Below are positions 8,260-18,889 of a stretch of 26,166 nucleotides of DNA, piece by piece (within the stretch, counting starts at the first letter, position 1; every line of letters starts with the position of its first letter). The stretch spans positions 1 through 26,166 of the forward strand of contig BTVV01000084.1 of assembly GCA_045863855.1 (NCBI GenBank). Direction: 5' to 3'. A program made the position numbers and the translations under genes. The stretch comes from Planctomycetota bacterium (lineage in GTDB: Bacteria > Planctomycetota > SZUA-567 > H5-PLA8). A model generated the notes under the pieces. That model ran no database searches and was not told where the DNA came from. It was given only the letters and a program-made list of their open reading frames with translations.

Positions 8260-9897
8260 GTGGCGAACCAGGAAAAGAAACCCTTCAATCCGTGGCTGTT
8301 TTCTGCAGCAGGCGCGGTAATTGTGGTGGTGTTGGCAATTCTTATTGCCAATAGCCCCGATCCGAAGCCGGCAATACCTGTTGGTAATCCAAATGTTGTG
8401 CCCGAAACCGTTGTTGTGCCTGAAACAACGGAAGATTTACTGGCGCATGGCGCCAATTTGTTTGCACGAAACTGCGCGACCTGTCATGGAGCCAGGGGCG
8501 CTGGCGATGGCGAGGCAGCCTACCTGCTGAATCCTAAGCCCAGAAACTTGGTGCTTGGACAATATCGAGTCGTGCGAACCTTGAACGGACTTGCCCGTCG
8601 AGAAGACATCTACAAGGTCATCACGGAAGGCATGCCCGGTTCCTCCATGCCGCCGTGGGATCGATTGAGTGAAAAAGACCGCTGGGCGCTGACGGATTAC
8701 ACGCTCTCGCTCGACAGTAAGCGAGACAAAAAAGTCAAGAAGCTTGGCCTGGAGTTGCTAAATCCGGTCGCTCCACCGCCCGTAGACATCGCCGTATTGG
8801 AACACGGGCGCTCGCTCTTTCAGCAAGCTTGTGCGCTGTGCCACGGATCGTCCGGGCGCGGTGACGGTCCGCAGCAGCAGTTTGATACGGAAGGCTACCC
8901 CACTCGCCCACGGGACTTGACGCTGGGGCTGTATAAAGGCGGGGGCGAACCCGAAGAGATCTTCCGTCGTATTCGTCTGGGCATGCCCGGAAGCCCTATG
9001 CCGGCTTTAGGCTCGATCAACGACCAGGACGCATGGGCGCTGACGCATTTCGTCAAATCCTTGGCGAAACGGGACGCGCAATCCGTCGTTCGGCAGAAGT
9101 ACCAGACGATTGAGGCCACGCGGGCCAGTGGTCCAATGCCGGAAGATCCGTTTTCGGATGAGTGGCTGCGGCGGCCCGCCACTGCGCTGGGGCTGATGCC
9201 GCTATGGTGGAGAGAAACGCGCATCGAGCAAGTCGAAACGCGATGCGCATACGATGCGGAACACCTTTGGGTGCATCTTGCTTGGGACGATGCCACGCAA
9301 GACGACTCGCAGCTCCACATCCAGTCCTTCTCCGACGGTGCGGCCGTGCAATTGACATCCGACGCCGATCCGCCCCTTTTTGCCATGGGCGCTCGTGGAT
9401 CGAGCGACGTGCGCATCTGGTTCTGGAAGGCGAGCAAACAGCGCGACACCGACCATGGATTCGCGGACATTCAAACCATCCATCCCAACATGTACACGGC
9501 TCACTATCAGCACATGAAGGGTGGTCCGCTGGCCGTGGCCACCCCGTTCCTGGCGGAAGGCGATGCGCACGATCCTCGGTTCCTGACCGGTCGTGGCGCT
9601 GGAAACGTGGTCTCGACGCCCGATAAGCAACCGGTGGAAAGTCTCTCGGCTCACGGCATAGGGACGGTAGGGCAGCGTACTCACAACGACGAAGGCGTAC
9701 AAGGACGCGGCGTCTGGCGCGACGGGCGGTACGCGCTGATTTTACGCAGGCCCCTCAAGCAAAGCGGAGCAAGGGCCTTGAGTTTAGCGGTCGGCGAGCA
9801 GGCGTACGTGGCTTTCGCGGTTTGGGATGGAAGCCTAGGTGACCGCAACGGACAGAAAAGCGTAACGATTTGGCATGCCCTGCGGCTGACGCCCTAA
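8260..9897 (+). CDS. nxrC: NXR/DMSO-reductase type II gamma-like subunit: N-terminal TM anchor, two class I cytochrome c domains, ethylbenzene-dehydrogenase-type heme b domain
   Basis: Hydrophobic N-terminal segment; CATCH (8473-8487) and CALCH (8830-8844), each followed by GMPGSxMP; C-terminal WDDAT, FSDGAAVQ, FAMG, WFWKA, AFAVWDGSLGDRNGQKSV. Confidence 0.8.
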   Translation: MANQEKKPFNPWLFSAAGAVIVVVLAILIANSPDPKPAIPVGNPNVVPETVVVPETTEDLLAHGANLFARNCATCHGARGAGDGEAAYLLNPKPRNLVLGQYRVVRTLNGLARREDIYKVITEGMPGSSMPPWDRLSEKDRWALTDYTLSLDSKRDKKVKKLGLELLNPVAPPPVDIAVLEHGRSLFQQACALCHGSSGRGDGPQQQFDTEGYPTRPRDLTLGLYKGGGEPEEIFRRIRLGMPGSPMPALGSINDQDAWALTHFVKSLAKRDAQSVVRQKYQTIEATRASGPMPEDPFSDEWLRRPATALGLMPLWWRETRIEQVETRCAYDAEHLWVHLAWDDATQDDSQLHIQSFSDGAAVQLTSDADPPLFAMGARGSSDVRIWFWKASKQRDTDHGFADIQTIHPNMYTAHYQHMKGGPLAVATPFLAEGDAHDPRFLTGRGAGNVVSTPDKQPVESLSAHGIGTVGQRTHNDEGVQGRGVWRDGRYALILRRPLKQSGARALSLAVGEQAYVAFAVWDGSLGDRNGQKSVTIWHALRLTP

Positions 9898-9930
9898 GCT
9901 GTTCTTCTCATAATCAAGGGGAGATAACGC

Positions 9931-12900
9931 ATGGACCGCAAGGATGACCCCAAGGCCAACCCTAAGTCTTCGAAGCCGGAACCGGTGGAGGTATCTCGGC
10001 GCCGGTTTCTAAAGTGGAGCTTGGCCGGCGCCGGCGGCTTGTTGCTCGTGGAATGGGGCGGAACCCACCTCTTGCACGCGAGAGAGGACGTGGATAACCC
10101 GCTCAAAGTCTACCCATCCCGTGATTGGGAGAAGATCTACCGAGATCAGTACGCATTCGACTCAAGCTTCATGTGGGTCTGCAGTCCCAACGACACACAC
10201 GCCTGTCGAGTCAAAGCGTACGTGCGTAACGGCGTCATTGTGCGCATGGGCAACGATTACAACATTGAGAAAACGGGAGATCTGTACGGAAATAAGGCGA
10301 CTCCGAACTGGAATCCCAGGCAGTGCGCTAAAGGATATACGTTTCATAGAATCCTTTATGGGCCCCATCGTCTGAAGCATCCCATCGTCCGCAGGGGATG
10401 GAAGCAATGGGCCGACGACGGTTACCCGTATCTCACGCCCGAGCTCCGGACGCGCTATAAATTCGATAGCCGGGGATCTGATGAATTTGAACGCGTCTCC
10501 TGGGATGATGCGTTCAAATATATCGGCACGGGGCTCGTGAAAATCAGCGAGATGTACTCCGGGGAGGAGGGTCAACGGCGCCTGCTTCAAGAGGGCTATC
10601 AGCCCGAAATGGTGGAGGAGACCGGCGGTGCCGGAACGCGCTGCTGCAAATTTCGAGGCGGGATGGGCCTACTGGGCGTCATCGGCAAGTACGGAATGTA
10701 CCGCTTGGCCAACACGCTTACCTATGTGGACGAAAAGATCAGAAAACTCAACGATCACGAACAGGCTCGCGCGGGACGGTGCTGGTCCAACTATACCTGG
10801 CACGGCGACCAAGCGCCCGGACATCCTTGGGTACATGGACTCCAGAACAGCGAGTGCGATTTCAATGACCTGCGCTTTTCCAAGCTGATCGTGATGAGCG
10901 GCAAGAATCTGGTGGAAAACAAGCTGCCGGACAGCCACTGGTTCATCGAATGCATGGAGCGCGGGGCGAAGATCGTGGTCATCGCGCCCGAATACGGCGC
11001 GCCGTCCACCAAGGCCGACTACTGGATCCCCATCCGTCCGCAGACCGACGCCGCACTGTTCCTGGGCATTACGCGCCTGATGATCGACAAAGGTTGGTAC
11101 AACGAAAAGTTCATCAAAGAGTTTACCGATTTCCCGCTCTTGGTGCGCACCGATAACCTCAAGCGCCTCCGCGCGTCCGAGATCTTTTCGAACTACAAGA
11201 GCAGCCTTTCGCCGGAAGGCGCGAGCATGAAGCTTCACAGCTTCAAGCCCGAGCACCATGCCAAGCTGGGAGATTTCGTGGCCTGGGACCGCAAGACTAA
11301 CCAACCCGTTGCCGTGACGCGTGACGAAGTGGGCGAGGTGTTTGCCAAGCGGGGCGTGGAAGCGGCGCTGGACGGAACCTTCATGGTCAAGACCGTGGAA
11401 GGAAAGGAAATCGAAGTTAAGACGCTTTGGACCTTGTACCGCGAGCACCACCTCAAGGACTATGATCTCGACACCGTTCACGAGATTACCCATTCACCGA
11501 AGGACATGCTTGTGCAGCTCGCCGAAGACTTTGCGACGCTAAAACCGGCGGCCATTCACCAAGGCGAAGGCATCAACCACTGGTTCCACGCGACGGAGTC
11601 CAACCGCGCGGCATACCTCCCGCTCATGCTGCAAGGCAATATAGGTAAGCCGGGCGCAGGCTGTCACGGCTGGGCAGGCAATTACAAGGCGGCGATTTTC
11701 CAGGGTTCACCGGCCACCGGGCCCGGCTTCAAAGGCTGGGTGGCCGAGGATCCTTATCACGTCACCCTTGACGAAAGCGCGGACGGAAAGGACATCCACG
11801 CGCATGCGCACACGAAGGACGAAGAGCCGGCTTACTGGAACCATTCCGACCAAGCGCTGATCGTCGAGACGCCGAAATACGGACGGCGCTGCTTCACGGG
11901 TAAGACGCACATGCCCACACCCACCAAGTCGCTGATCTTCACTAACGTGAATCTGTTCAACAACGCCAAGCACTGCTACGAGATGTTTAAAAACGTCAAT
12001 CCTAAAATCAATCTGATTGTTTCCGTAGACATTCAGATGACCGCTACGATCGAATACTCCGATTTCGGACTACCGGCCAATACGTGGGTGGAGTTCGAAG
12101 GCCCGGAGATCACCGCTTCCTGCTCGAATCCCTTCATCCAGATCTGGAAGGGTGGCATCAAACCGATCTTCGAGAGCAAGGACGATTGCGAAATCCTGGC
12201 CGGTATCGGTAATGCGATTGGCCAGGAGCTGAACGACGAGAGGCCCGCCAAGTATTGGTCTTTCGCAGCACCGGATAAGCGGCACGTCTATATTCAGCGC
12301 CTGCTGGATTCCTGCACGACTACGCGGGGTTACCGGTTCGACAAAATCATGAATGGGGATTACGGCGTTCCGGGCCAAGTGCTTGCGCTCTTTCGCACGT
12401 ATCCGCGCATCCCGTTCTGGGAACAGGTCCACGAGAGCAAACCATTCTACACCGATACCGGACGGATGCACGCATACAGCGACGACCCAACGGCAATCGA
12501 GTGTGGTGAGAATTTCATTGTCCACCGAGAAGGACCGGAGGCTACACCCTACCTGCCCAATGTCATCATCTCGACCAACCCGTTTGTGCGCCCGGACGAC
12601 TTTGGGATCCCGCTGAACGCAGAGCACTGGGACGAGCGTACGATTCGCAACGTGAAGATGGACTGGGCCAAAGTCAAGGGAACTCGGAATTTCCTCTGGG
12701 AAAAGGGGTATCATTTCTATCTGATCACTCCGAAAAGCCGGCACCGCGTCCACTCCCTGTGGTCCAACGTGGACTGGCACCTAATCTGGGATTCGAATTT
12801 CGGTGACCCGTATCGAATTGACAAGCGTTCGCCCGGCGTCGGCGAACATCAAGTGCACCTAAACCCGAAGGCGGCCAAGGACCTCGGGATCAACGACGGA

Positions 12901-13428
12901 GACTACGTCTACGTGGACGCGAACCCCGCGGACCGGCCGTACCTCGGCGCCAAGCCGGAAGATCCCTTTTACAAAGTCGCGCGCTGCATGGTTCGAGCAC
13001 GCTACAACCCGGCCTATCCTTATAACTGCATCATGATGAAGCATGGGGTTTACGTCGCCACGGAGAAGTCGATCAAGGCGCATGAAACCCGGCCGGACGG
13101 TCTGGCGCTCACGCCTGACGGATACCAGGCGAATTTTCGGTACGGCTCGCACCAGTCCTGCACGCGCAACTGGCACATGCCCATGCACCAGACGGATACG
13201 CTCTTCCATAAGGCCAAAGTCTTCATGAGTTTCATCTTTGGCGGGGAGGCGGACAACCATGCGGTGAACACGGTACCGAAAGAGACACTGGTCAAGGTCA
13301 CCAAAGCCGAGGACGGCGGGTTGGGCGGCAAAGGGATTTGGAAACCGGCAACGCTGGGCCTTTCGCCCGGCGGGGAAAGCGAGGCCATGAAACGTTACTT
13401 AGCCGGCGGGTTCATTTCTGCGGATTGA
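9931..13428 (+). CDS. nxrA: Periplasmic nitrite oxidoreductase/nitrate reductase alpha subunit (Mo-bisPGD), anammox/Nitrospina/Nitrospira NXR type
   Basis: Tat motif SRRRFLK; FS0 motif CSPNDTHAC...NPRQCAKG; WSNYTWHGDQAPGHP (Asp Mo ligand); GKNLVENKLPD; GEGINHWFH; TPKSRHRVHS; 1165 aa. Confidence 0.92.
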   Translation: MDRKDDPKANPKSSKPEPVEVSRRRFLKWSLAGAGGLLLVEWGGTHLLHAREDVDNPLKVYPSRDWEKIYRDQYAFDSSFMWVCSPNDTHACRVKAYVRNGVIVRMGNDYNIEKTGDLYGNKATPNWNPRQCAKGYTFHRILYGPHRLKHPIVRRGWKQWADDGYPYLTPELRTRYKFDSRGSDEFERVSWDDAFKYIGTGLVKISEMYSGEEGQRRLLQEGYQPEMVEETGGAGTRCCKFRGGMGLLGVIGKYGMYRLANTLTYVDEKIRKLNDHEQARAGRCWSNYTWHGDQAPGHPWVHGLQNSECDFNDLRFSKLIVMSGKNLVENKLPDSHWFIECMERGAKIVVIAPEYGAPSTKADYWIPIRPQTDAALFLGITRLMIDKGWYNEKFIKEFTDFPLLVRTDNLKRLRASEIFSNYKSSLSPEGASMKLHSFKPEHHAKLGDFVAWDRKTNQPVAVTRDEVGEVFAKRGVEAALDGTFMVKTVEGKEIEVKTLWTLYREHHLKDYDLDTVHEITHSPKDMLVQLAEDFATLKPAAIHQGEGINHWFHATESNRAAYLPLMLQGNIGKPGAGCHGWAGNYKAAIFQGSPATGPGFKGWVAEDPYHVTLDESADGKDIHAHAHTKDEEPAYWNHSDQALIVETPKYGRRCFTGKTHMPTPTKSLIFTNVNLFNNAKHCYEMFKNVNPKINLIVSVDIQMTATIEYSDFGLPANTWVEFEGPEITASCSNPFIQIWKGGIKPIFESKDDCEILAGIGNAIGQELNDERPAKYWSFAAPDKRHVYIQRLLDSCTTTRGYRFDKIMNGDYGVPGQVLALFRTYPRIPFWEQVHESKPFYTDTGRMHAYSDDPTAIECGENFIVHREGPEATPYLPNVIISTNPFVRPDDFGIPLNAEHWDERTIRNVKMDWAKVKGTRNFLWEKGYHFYLITPKSRHRVHSLWSNVDWHLIWDSNFGDPYRIDKRSPGVGEHQVHLNPKAAKDLGINDGDYVYVDANPADRPYLGAKPEDPFYKVARCMVRARYNPAYPYNCIMMKHGVYVATEKSIKAHETRPDGLALTPDGYQANFRYGSHQSCTRNWHMPMHQTDTLFHKAKVFMSFIFGGEADNHAVNTVPKETLVKVTKAEDGGLGGKGIWKPATLGLSPGGESEAMKRYLAGGFISAD

Positions 13429-13460
13429 AGTCTCGGAGCGCTTTGTAAGGAGGAGAGGAC

Positions 13461-13814
13461 ATGCCCTACGACGAGCCTGATGCCAGCGATCCGTTGGAGG
13501 CCATGGCAGTCGAGCTTCCGGCTACTCGTGAAGCTTGGCGCGATATGGCGTGCTGTTTCGCGGAGGAATTCGCGCGGCTGGGCTTTGGAGTCGAGCGCAT
13601 CCGGCTCCTCTTTGAAACGCCTTTCTACCAGGGTCCCTTCAGGGCTAGGCAAGTGCTGGGCAAAGCCGAAATCGAGGCCCTGATCGCCGAAGCGCTGTTT
13701 CTTTTCGGACGACCCAAGCCTGAAATTCAGGATGCGCCCGAAGATGAGATACTGGAAAACGCGGACCCATTTCCGCCGGCCGGCCCCTGTGAGGTTCGGA
13801 CGTTGGGCGATTAA
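13461..13814 (+). CDS. Small acidic protein of unknown function between nxrA and nxrB
   Basis: Strong RBS (AAGGAGGAG); fills the A-B gap; core DPLEAMAV...MACCFAEEFARLGF...LFETPFYQGP; no signal peptide. Confidence 0.75.
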   Translation: MPYDEPDASDPLEAMAVELPATREAWRDMACCFAEEFARLGFGVERIRLLFETPFYQGPFRARQVLGKAEIEALIAEALFLFGRPKPEIQDAPEDEILENADPFPPAGPCEVRTLGD

Positions 13815-13860
13815 GTCCCGGGCGAAGCTTCACCACGCCCTCGCATGAAGGGTAGCTAAC

Positions 13861-15129
<1,269 letters not shown>

Positions 15130-15152
15130 ACGGGTGGAAGGGGAGGCGAACC

Positions 15153-15929
15153 ATGAAAACCGAAGGCTTACGAGCACGCGCTCGCGCGCATCTCTATGGA
15201 TTCCTTGCCCGGGCATTCCGGAGTGAAGATGAAACGTTCGGCGAAGCGTTGGACTCTGGCGGTTGCCGGACGCGCTTGGCTTCTGCCGCCGCCGTTCTGG
15301 ATCCCGCGAACCTCGCGGAACCCGTGCGTCGCGTTCTGTGCGCCGCCGAGCAGTCCAAACGCGAGGAACGCGAATCCGCCCGAATCCGTGCTTTTGGCTT
15401 CACCCTGCGTGGTACCGTGCCTCCATACGAACTGGAATACGGGCGGAGCGACGTGTTCCAAATGTCGCAGGAACTGGCCGACTTGGCTGGCTTCTATCGC
15501 GCATTCGGAATGGAAATGGATCCCGAGTCGAACGAACGCGCCGACCATATCGCCGCCGAGCTTGAATACATGTTGCTGCTCTGTGCACACCAGACGCAGG
15601 CCGAGGAGGAGGCCGAGCACGAGGGGCTCGAACACCTTGCGGTATCCCAGGACGCGCAGCGTAAATTCCTCCGCGATCACCTGGGATGCTGGGGCATCGG
15701 CTTCGGACGCAGGATGGCGGCTTTTGAGGCTGGAAGCTTCTTGGGCGAATGCGGAACGCTGCTGGCGGAGTTTCTGGCGAACGATTGCCGGGCGCTCGGA
15801 GTTGCGCACGGACCGCAGCACCTTGAGCTAAGGGAAACCGGCTCCGCCGAAGAACTGATCGCCGCGCAGAATTGTGACGCGTCATTGGCCACGCAGGACG
15901 GCGGCGGTAACGAAGCCGAGGCGGGCTAA
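15153..15929 (+). CDS. nxrD: TorD/DmsD/NarJ-family maturation chaperone
   Basis: GGAGG RBS; PPYELEY, LAGFYRAFG, ERADHIAAELEYM, FLRDHLGCW. Confidence 0.88.
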   Translation: MKTEGLRARARAHLYGFLARAFRSEDETFGEALDSGGCRTRLASAAAVLDPANLAEPVRRVLCAAEQSKREERESARIRAFGFTLRGTVPPYELEYGRSDVFQMSQELADLAGFYRAFGMEMDPESNERADHIAAELEYMLLLCAHQTQAEEEAEHEGLEHLAVSQDAQRKFLRDHLGCWGIGFGRRMAAFEAGSFLGECGTLLAEFLANDCRALGVAHGPQHLELRETGSAEELIAAQNCDASLATQDGGGNEAEAG

Positions 15930-15932
15930 ACC

Positions 15933-16871
15933 ATGCGATTCGAGTTTGAGCCTGCATTCGTCGAAGAGGCAGTCTTCATTGCGATGCGCAGTGCTTCCAC
16001 GACCGCTTCCGATAGTGCTGCGTACAACAGCGAACGCGAATCGGTTTACGCCCTTCAGGACGCCGAGGCTCGGGATCGGGCGTTTACTTCGCTCCATACG
16101 CGCTGGTTTGCCCGTCAGGGACTCGAGAAACCTCTGAAAGCGCTCCTAGCCGAGCGCCGGGGGCTAGAAACACGCTTGAATCGATTCCTTGTGTGCTTGG
16201 CCTACCGAAGCAAAGAGGAGGGTGTGGAACTATTCGGGGCTGCTTCGGAACCGACTCCAGTGTTTCGCGCTGCGCTTCGGCTCAAGGTGGAGACTCTACT
16301 GAATACTTCCGTGCTCGAACGCTTGGTGCGTCATGAACTGATGCATTTGGCCGACATGCTGAATCCTGTATTCCGATTCGATCCCCATCCACGCTTCCCT
16401 GGAGCCACTGCGGCGCAACAGGGTTTGGTTCATGACCGCTTTTCGTCTCTTTGGGATCTGCGAATTGATGCGGCTCTCTTCCACGAAGGAGTGGAAGGGG
16501 AGATGCCGCGCGAGGGTCACGCCCGTCGATTGTGGCGCGCTTGGAATGGGGGTGCCTGGGTGAGCGAATTGGTGGATCGAAGCTTTGACGGTCAGGTGCT
16601 GGATCCCTACGACTGTCCGGCGCTTCTTCAGTTCGCTGCCGATGGCAACCGCTTGGTCGATTGCCTTGGGTTGCGAACGTGCGAATTGCCCGTGGCGACC
16701 ACTGCAATGCCATGTCCGGTCTGCGGCTTTCCCTCGCGATCCTGGTCAACGCATCCGGAGCGACTGCCGGAAGAGATTCAGGCAGAGATTCGAGCGAAAC
16801 ATCCGGGCTGGAGCGCGGCTCAAGGTTTGTGCATCCAATGCGAGGAAATGGTGCAGGCCGCGCTGCGCTGA
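15933..16871 (+). CDS. Hypothetical protein with HExxH zincin-like motif and C-terminal Cys4 zinc ribbon
   Basis: Starts 3 nt after the chaperone stop; LVRHELMHLADML; CPVCGFP...HPGWSAAQGLCIQC. Confidence 0.7.
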   Translation: MRFEFEPAFVEEAVFIAMRSASTTASDSAAYNSERESVYALQDAEARDRAFTSLHTRWFARQGLEKPLKALLAERRGLETRLNRFLVCLAYRSKEEGVELFGAASEPTPVFRAALRLKVETLLNTSVLERLVRHELMHLADMLNPVFRFDPHPRFPGATAAQQGLVHDRFSSLWDLRIDAALFHEGVEGEMPREGHARRLWRAWNGGAWVSELVDRSFDGQVLDPYDCPALLQFAADGNRLVDCLGLRTCELPVATTAMPCPVCGFPSRSWSTHPERLPEEIQAEIRAKHPGWSAAQGLCIQCEEMVQAALR

Positions 16872-16914
16872 GGTTCGAGCCTTACAGACGTCAAGTCGGC
16901 GAAAGGAGCGGCAC

Positions 16915-18813
16915 ATGGAAGCCTCGATGAACCTCCCAGTTTGCGGACTCGCCGCCTCCGGTGTGCCCATTTCCCAGAACCAAACTATTCCCGAGGTCTT
17001 GCGGGCATGGCCGCAGCTGCGTTTGGTCCTGGACAAATACGGCCTAAAAGGATGCGGCGGACCGCTGGGTCCGGAAGAGTCGATCGAGTTTTTTGCACGC
17101 GCGCACGGAGTGGATTCGAGCGAGTTGTTGCGTGAGTTGAACGAGATGCGCGGACAGACCTCTACGCAATCGCCGCCCGTCTACCAACCCGGCTTGGGCG
17201 ATACGATCTATCGAAATTTTTTCCTGGGTGCTATTTCGGTGCTTCTGAGCGCCGGGGCCGTTTGGGGAGCACTGCTACTTTTGAAAATTGGCTTTGCGCA
17301 GGACTTTACGATCAATTCGATCTTTGCCGTGAACGCACATGGCCACGCGATGATCTTCGGATGGGTAGGGCTATTCGTCATGGGCTTTGCGTACCAAGCC
17401 TTTCCGCGGTTCAAGCACGTGGAACTGCACCGTCCTCGGCTGGCCGTCGCAACCTTCTGGATGATGTTTGCGGGCATTTCGGCGCGGGCGCTCTGCGAAA
17501 CGCTTCACGAGCGGAGTTCCTGGCTGTGGGCCGGGGCGCTGTTGGCGTGCACCCTGGAAGTCGCCGCGATTCTCATCTTTGTCTGGCTACTGGTTGCTAC
17601 GTATCGGAAAAGCGGGAAATCGGTGGAAACCTACGATAAGTACGTATTTGCTGCACTGGGATTTTTCGTACTGCAGGCTTTTGGAGACGCGGTCCTGCTG
17701 ACGGCCACGACGACGGCACCCACGGACGCCGCGTTACTGGAGCGAATAAAAACTCTTCAGGCACCGCTGCGCGATCTTCAGATTCACGGCTTTGCCGTGC
17801 TGATGATTTTGGGCGTATCGTTGCGCCTGCTGCCCACCGTGTACGGAGTAGCTGCGGCGGATGGCCGCAAGTCTGATCGGGTGCTGATTCCAATTGCGGC
17901 AGCGGTTTTGGCCGAGGCAGGTTTCTACCTTCTAAATGCGCGCTCCCCTGGGACCGCTTGGGCTTCCGCAGGCTTGTACGCTTCGATGCTTGCCTATGCG
18001 GGCTTGGTAACGTGGCTGATCGGCAGTATGCGTGTATTCGTAGCCGATGAGCAAACCGATCGCAGCGTGAAGTTCATCAAAGCAGCGTACGCATGGCTCC
18101 TTATCTCGCTGGCCATGCTCATCGTCATGCCTGCCTACTTGGGATGGTATCGCGGGGCAACCGGAAGCGGGTTTTCACACGCGTACTACGGTGCCACGCG
18201 CCATGCGATCACGGTTGGTTTTATCAGCATGATGATCTTGGGTGTTTCCGCAAAGGTGGTGCCTACGCTTTGTGGGATCTCGTCCGCTCGGTTGGGGGAG
18301 TTGTGGCCTACTTTCGTTCTCGTGAATACCGGTTGCGCGCTGCGAGTTGCTTTTCAGGTGCTTACTGACGTTGAAGGATTTAAGGAATTCGCGCATCCGG
18401 TGGCTGGAATTTCCGGTGTACTGGAAGTTACTGGAATGGCCTTTTGGGCGGTTCACATGTGTCGACTTCTGCTCGGCACACGCGTCGGATCGGCTGCCGA
18501 GCCGGAGCGAAAACCAGACCTGGCGTTGCTGAGGATCGAGGCAACCTCCAAGGTGGGCTCGGTCATCGGCCTATTTCCCCAAACGCTGAGTGTGTTCCTG
18601 AATCACGGCTTCACGCTCCTGGCCAACGCCTACATGCGGGACACCTTGGCCCGCACGGTTTCTATCCAGCAGGCGTGCGAGATCCACAAAGTAGATCTAG
18701 AGGCGCTCCTGCATGACCTTAACAGGGTCGTATCCGCGCGACCTCCGAATGCTGAGCAGGCTTCTCTTTCGAGGGGAAAACGGCTGGAGGATGGCCTAGC
18801 GCAGCCTTTGTAA
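16915..18813 (+). CDS. nnrS: NnrS-like polytopic membrane protein with N- and C-terminal ScdA_N/DUF1858-like domains
   Basis: AAGGAG at 16903-16908, ATG at 16915. About 12 hydrophobic segments; AHGHAMIFGWVG..VMGF, DLQIHGF..MILGV, RHAITVGF..MILGV; terminal helical domains similar to the N-terminus of the RIC in this window. Confidence 0.7.
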   Translation: MEASMNLPVCGLAASGVPISQNQTIPEVLRAWPQLRLVLDKYGLKGCGGPLGPEESIEFFARAHGVDSSELLRELNEMRGQTSTQSPPVYQPGLGDTIYRNFFLGAISVLLSAGAVWGALLLLKIGFAQDFTINSIFAVNAHGHAMIFGWVGLFVMGFAYQAFPRFKHVELHRPRLAVATFWMMFAGISARALCETLHERSSWLWAGALLACTLEVAAILIFVWLLVATYRKSGKSVETYDKYVFAALGFFVLQAFGDAVLLTATTTAPTDAALLERIKTLQAPLRDLQIHGFAVLMILGVSLRLLPTVYGVAAADGRKSDRVLIPIAAAVLAEAGFYLLNARSPGTAWASAGLYASMLAYAGLVTWLIGSMRVFVADEQTDRSVKFIKAAYAWLLISLAMLIVMPAYLGWYRGATGSGFSHAYYGATRHAITVGFISMMILGVSAKVVPTLCGISSARLGELWPTFVLVNTGCALRVAFQVLTDVEGFKEFAHPVAGISGVLEVTGMAFWAVHMCRLLLGTRVGSAAEPERKPDLALLRIEATSKVGSVIGLFPQTLSVFLNHGFTLLANAYMRDTLARTVSIQQACEIHKVDLEALLHDLNRVVSARPPNAEQASLSRGKRLEDGLAQPL

Positions 18814-18889
18814 TGCGCCGGAGTACTTCGGTCGTACGGAAGCGAGCTATTACCTTGAGCCAGACGGAGCCGACAGAGGGAGTATCCAC

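Noticed and set aside
16585..16914. N-terminal extension of the NnrS-like ORF (742 aa)
   Set aside because: Overlaps the HExxH gene; AAGGAG supports ATG 16915.
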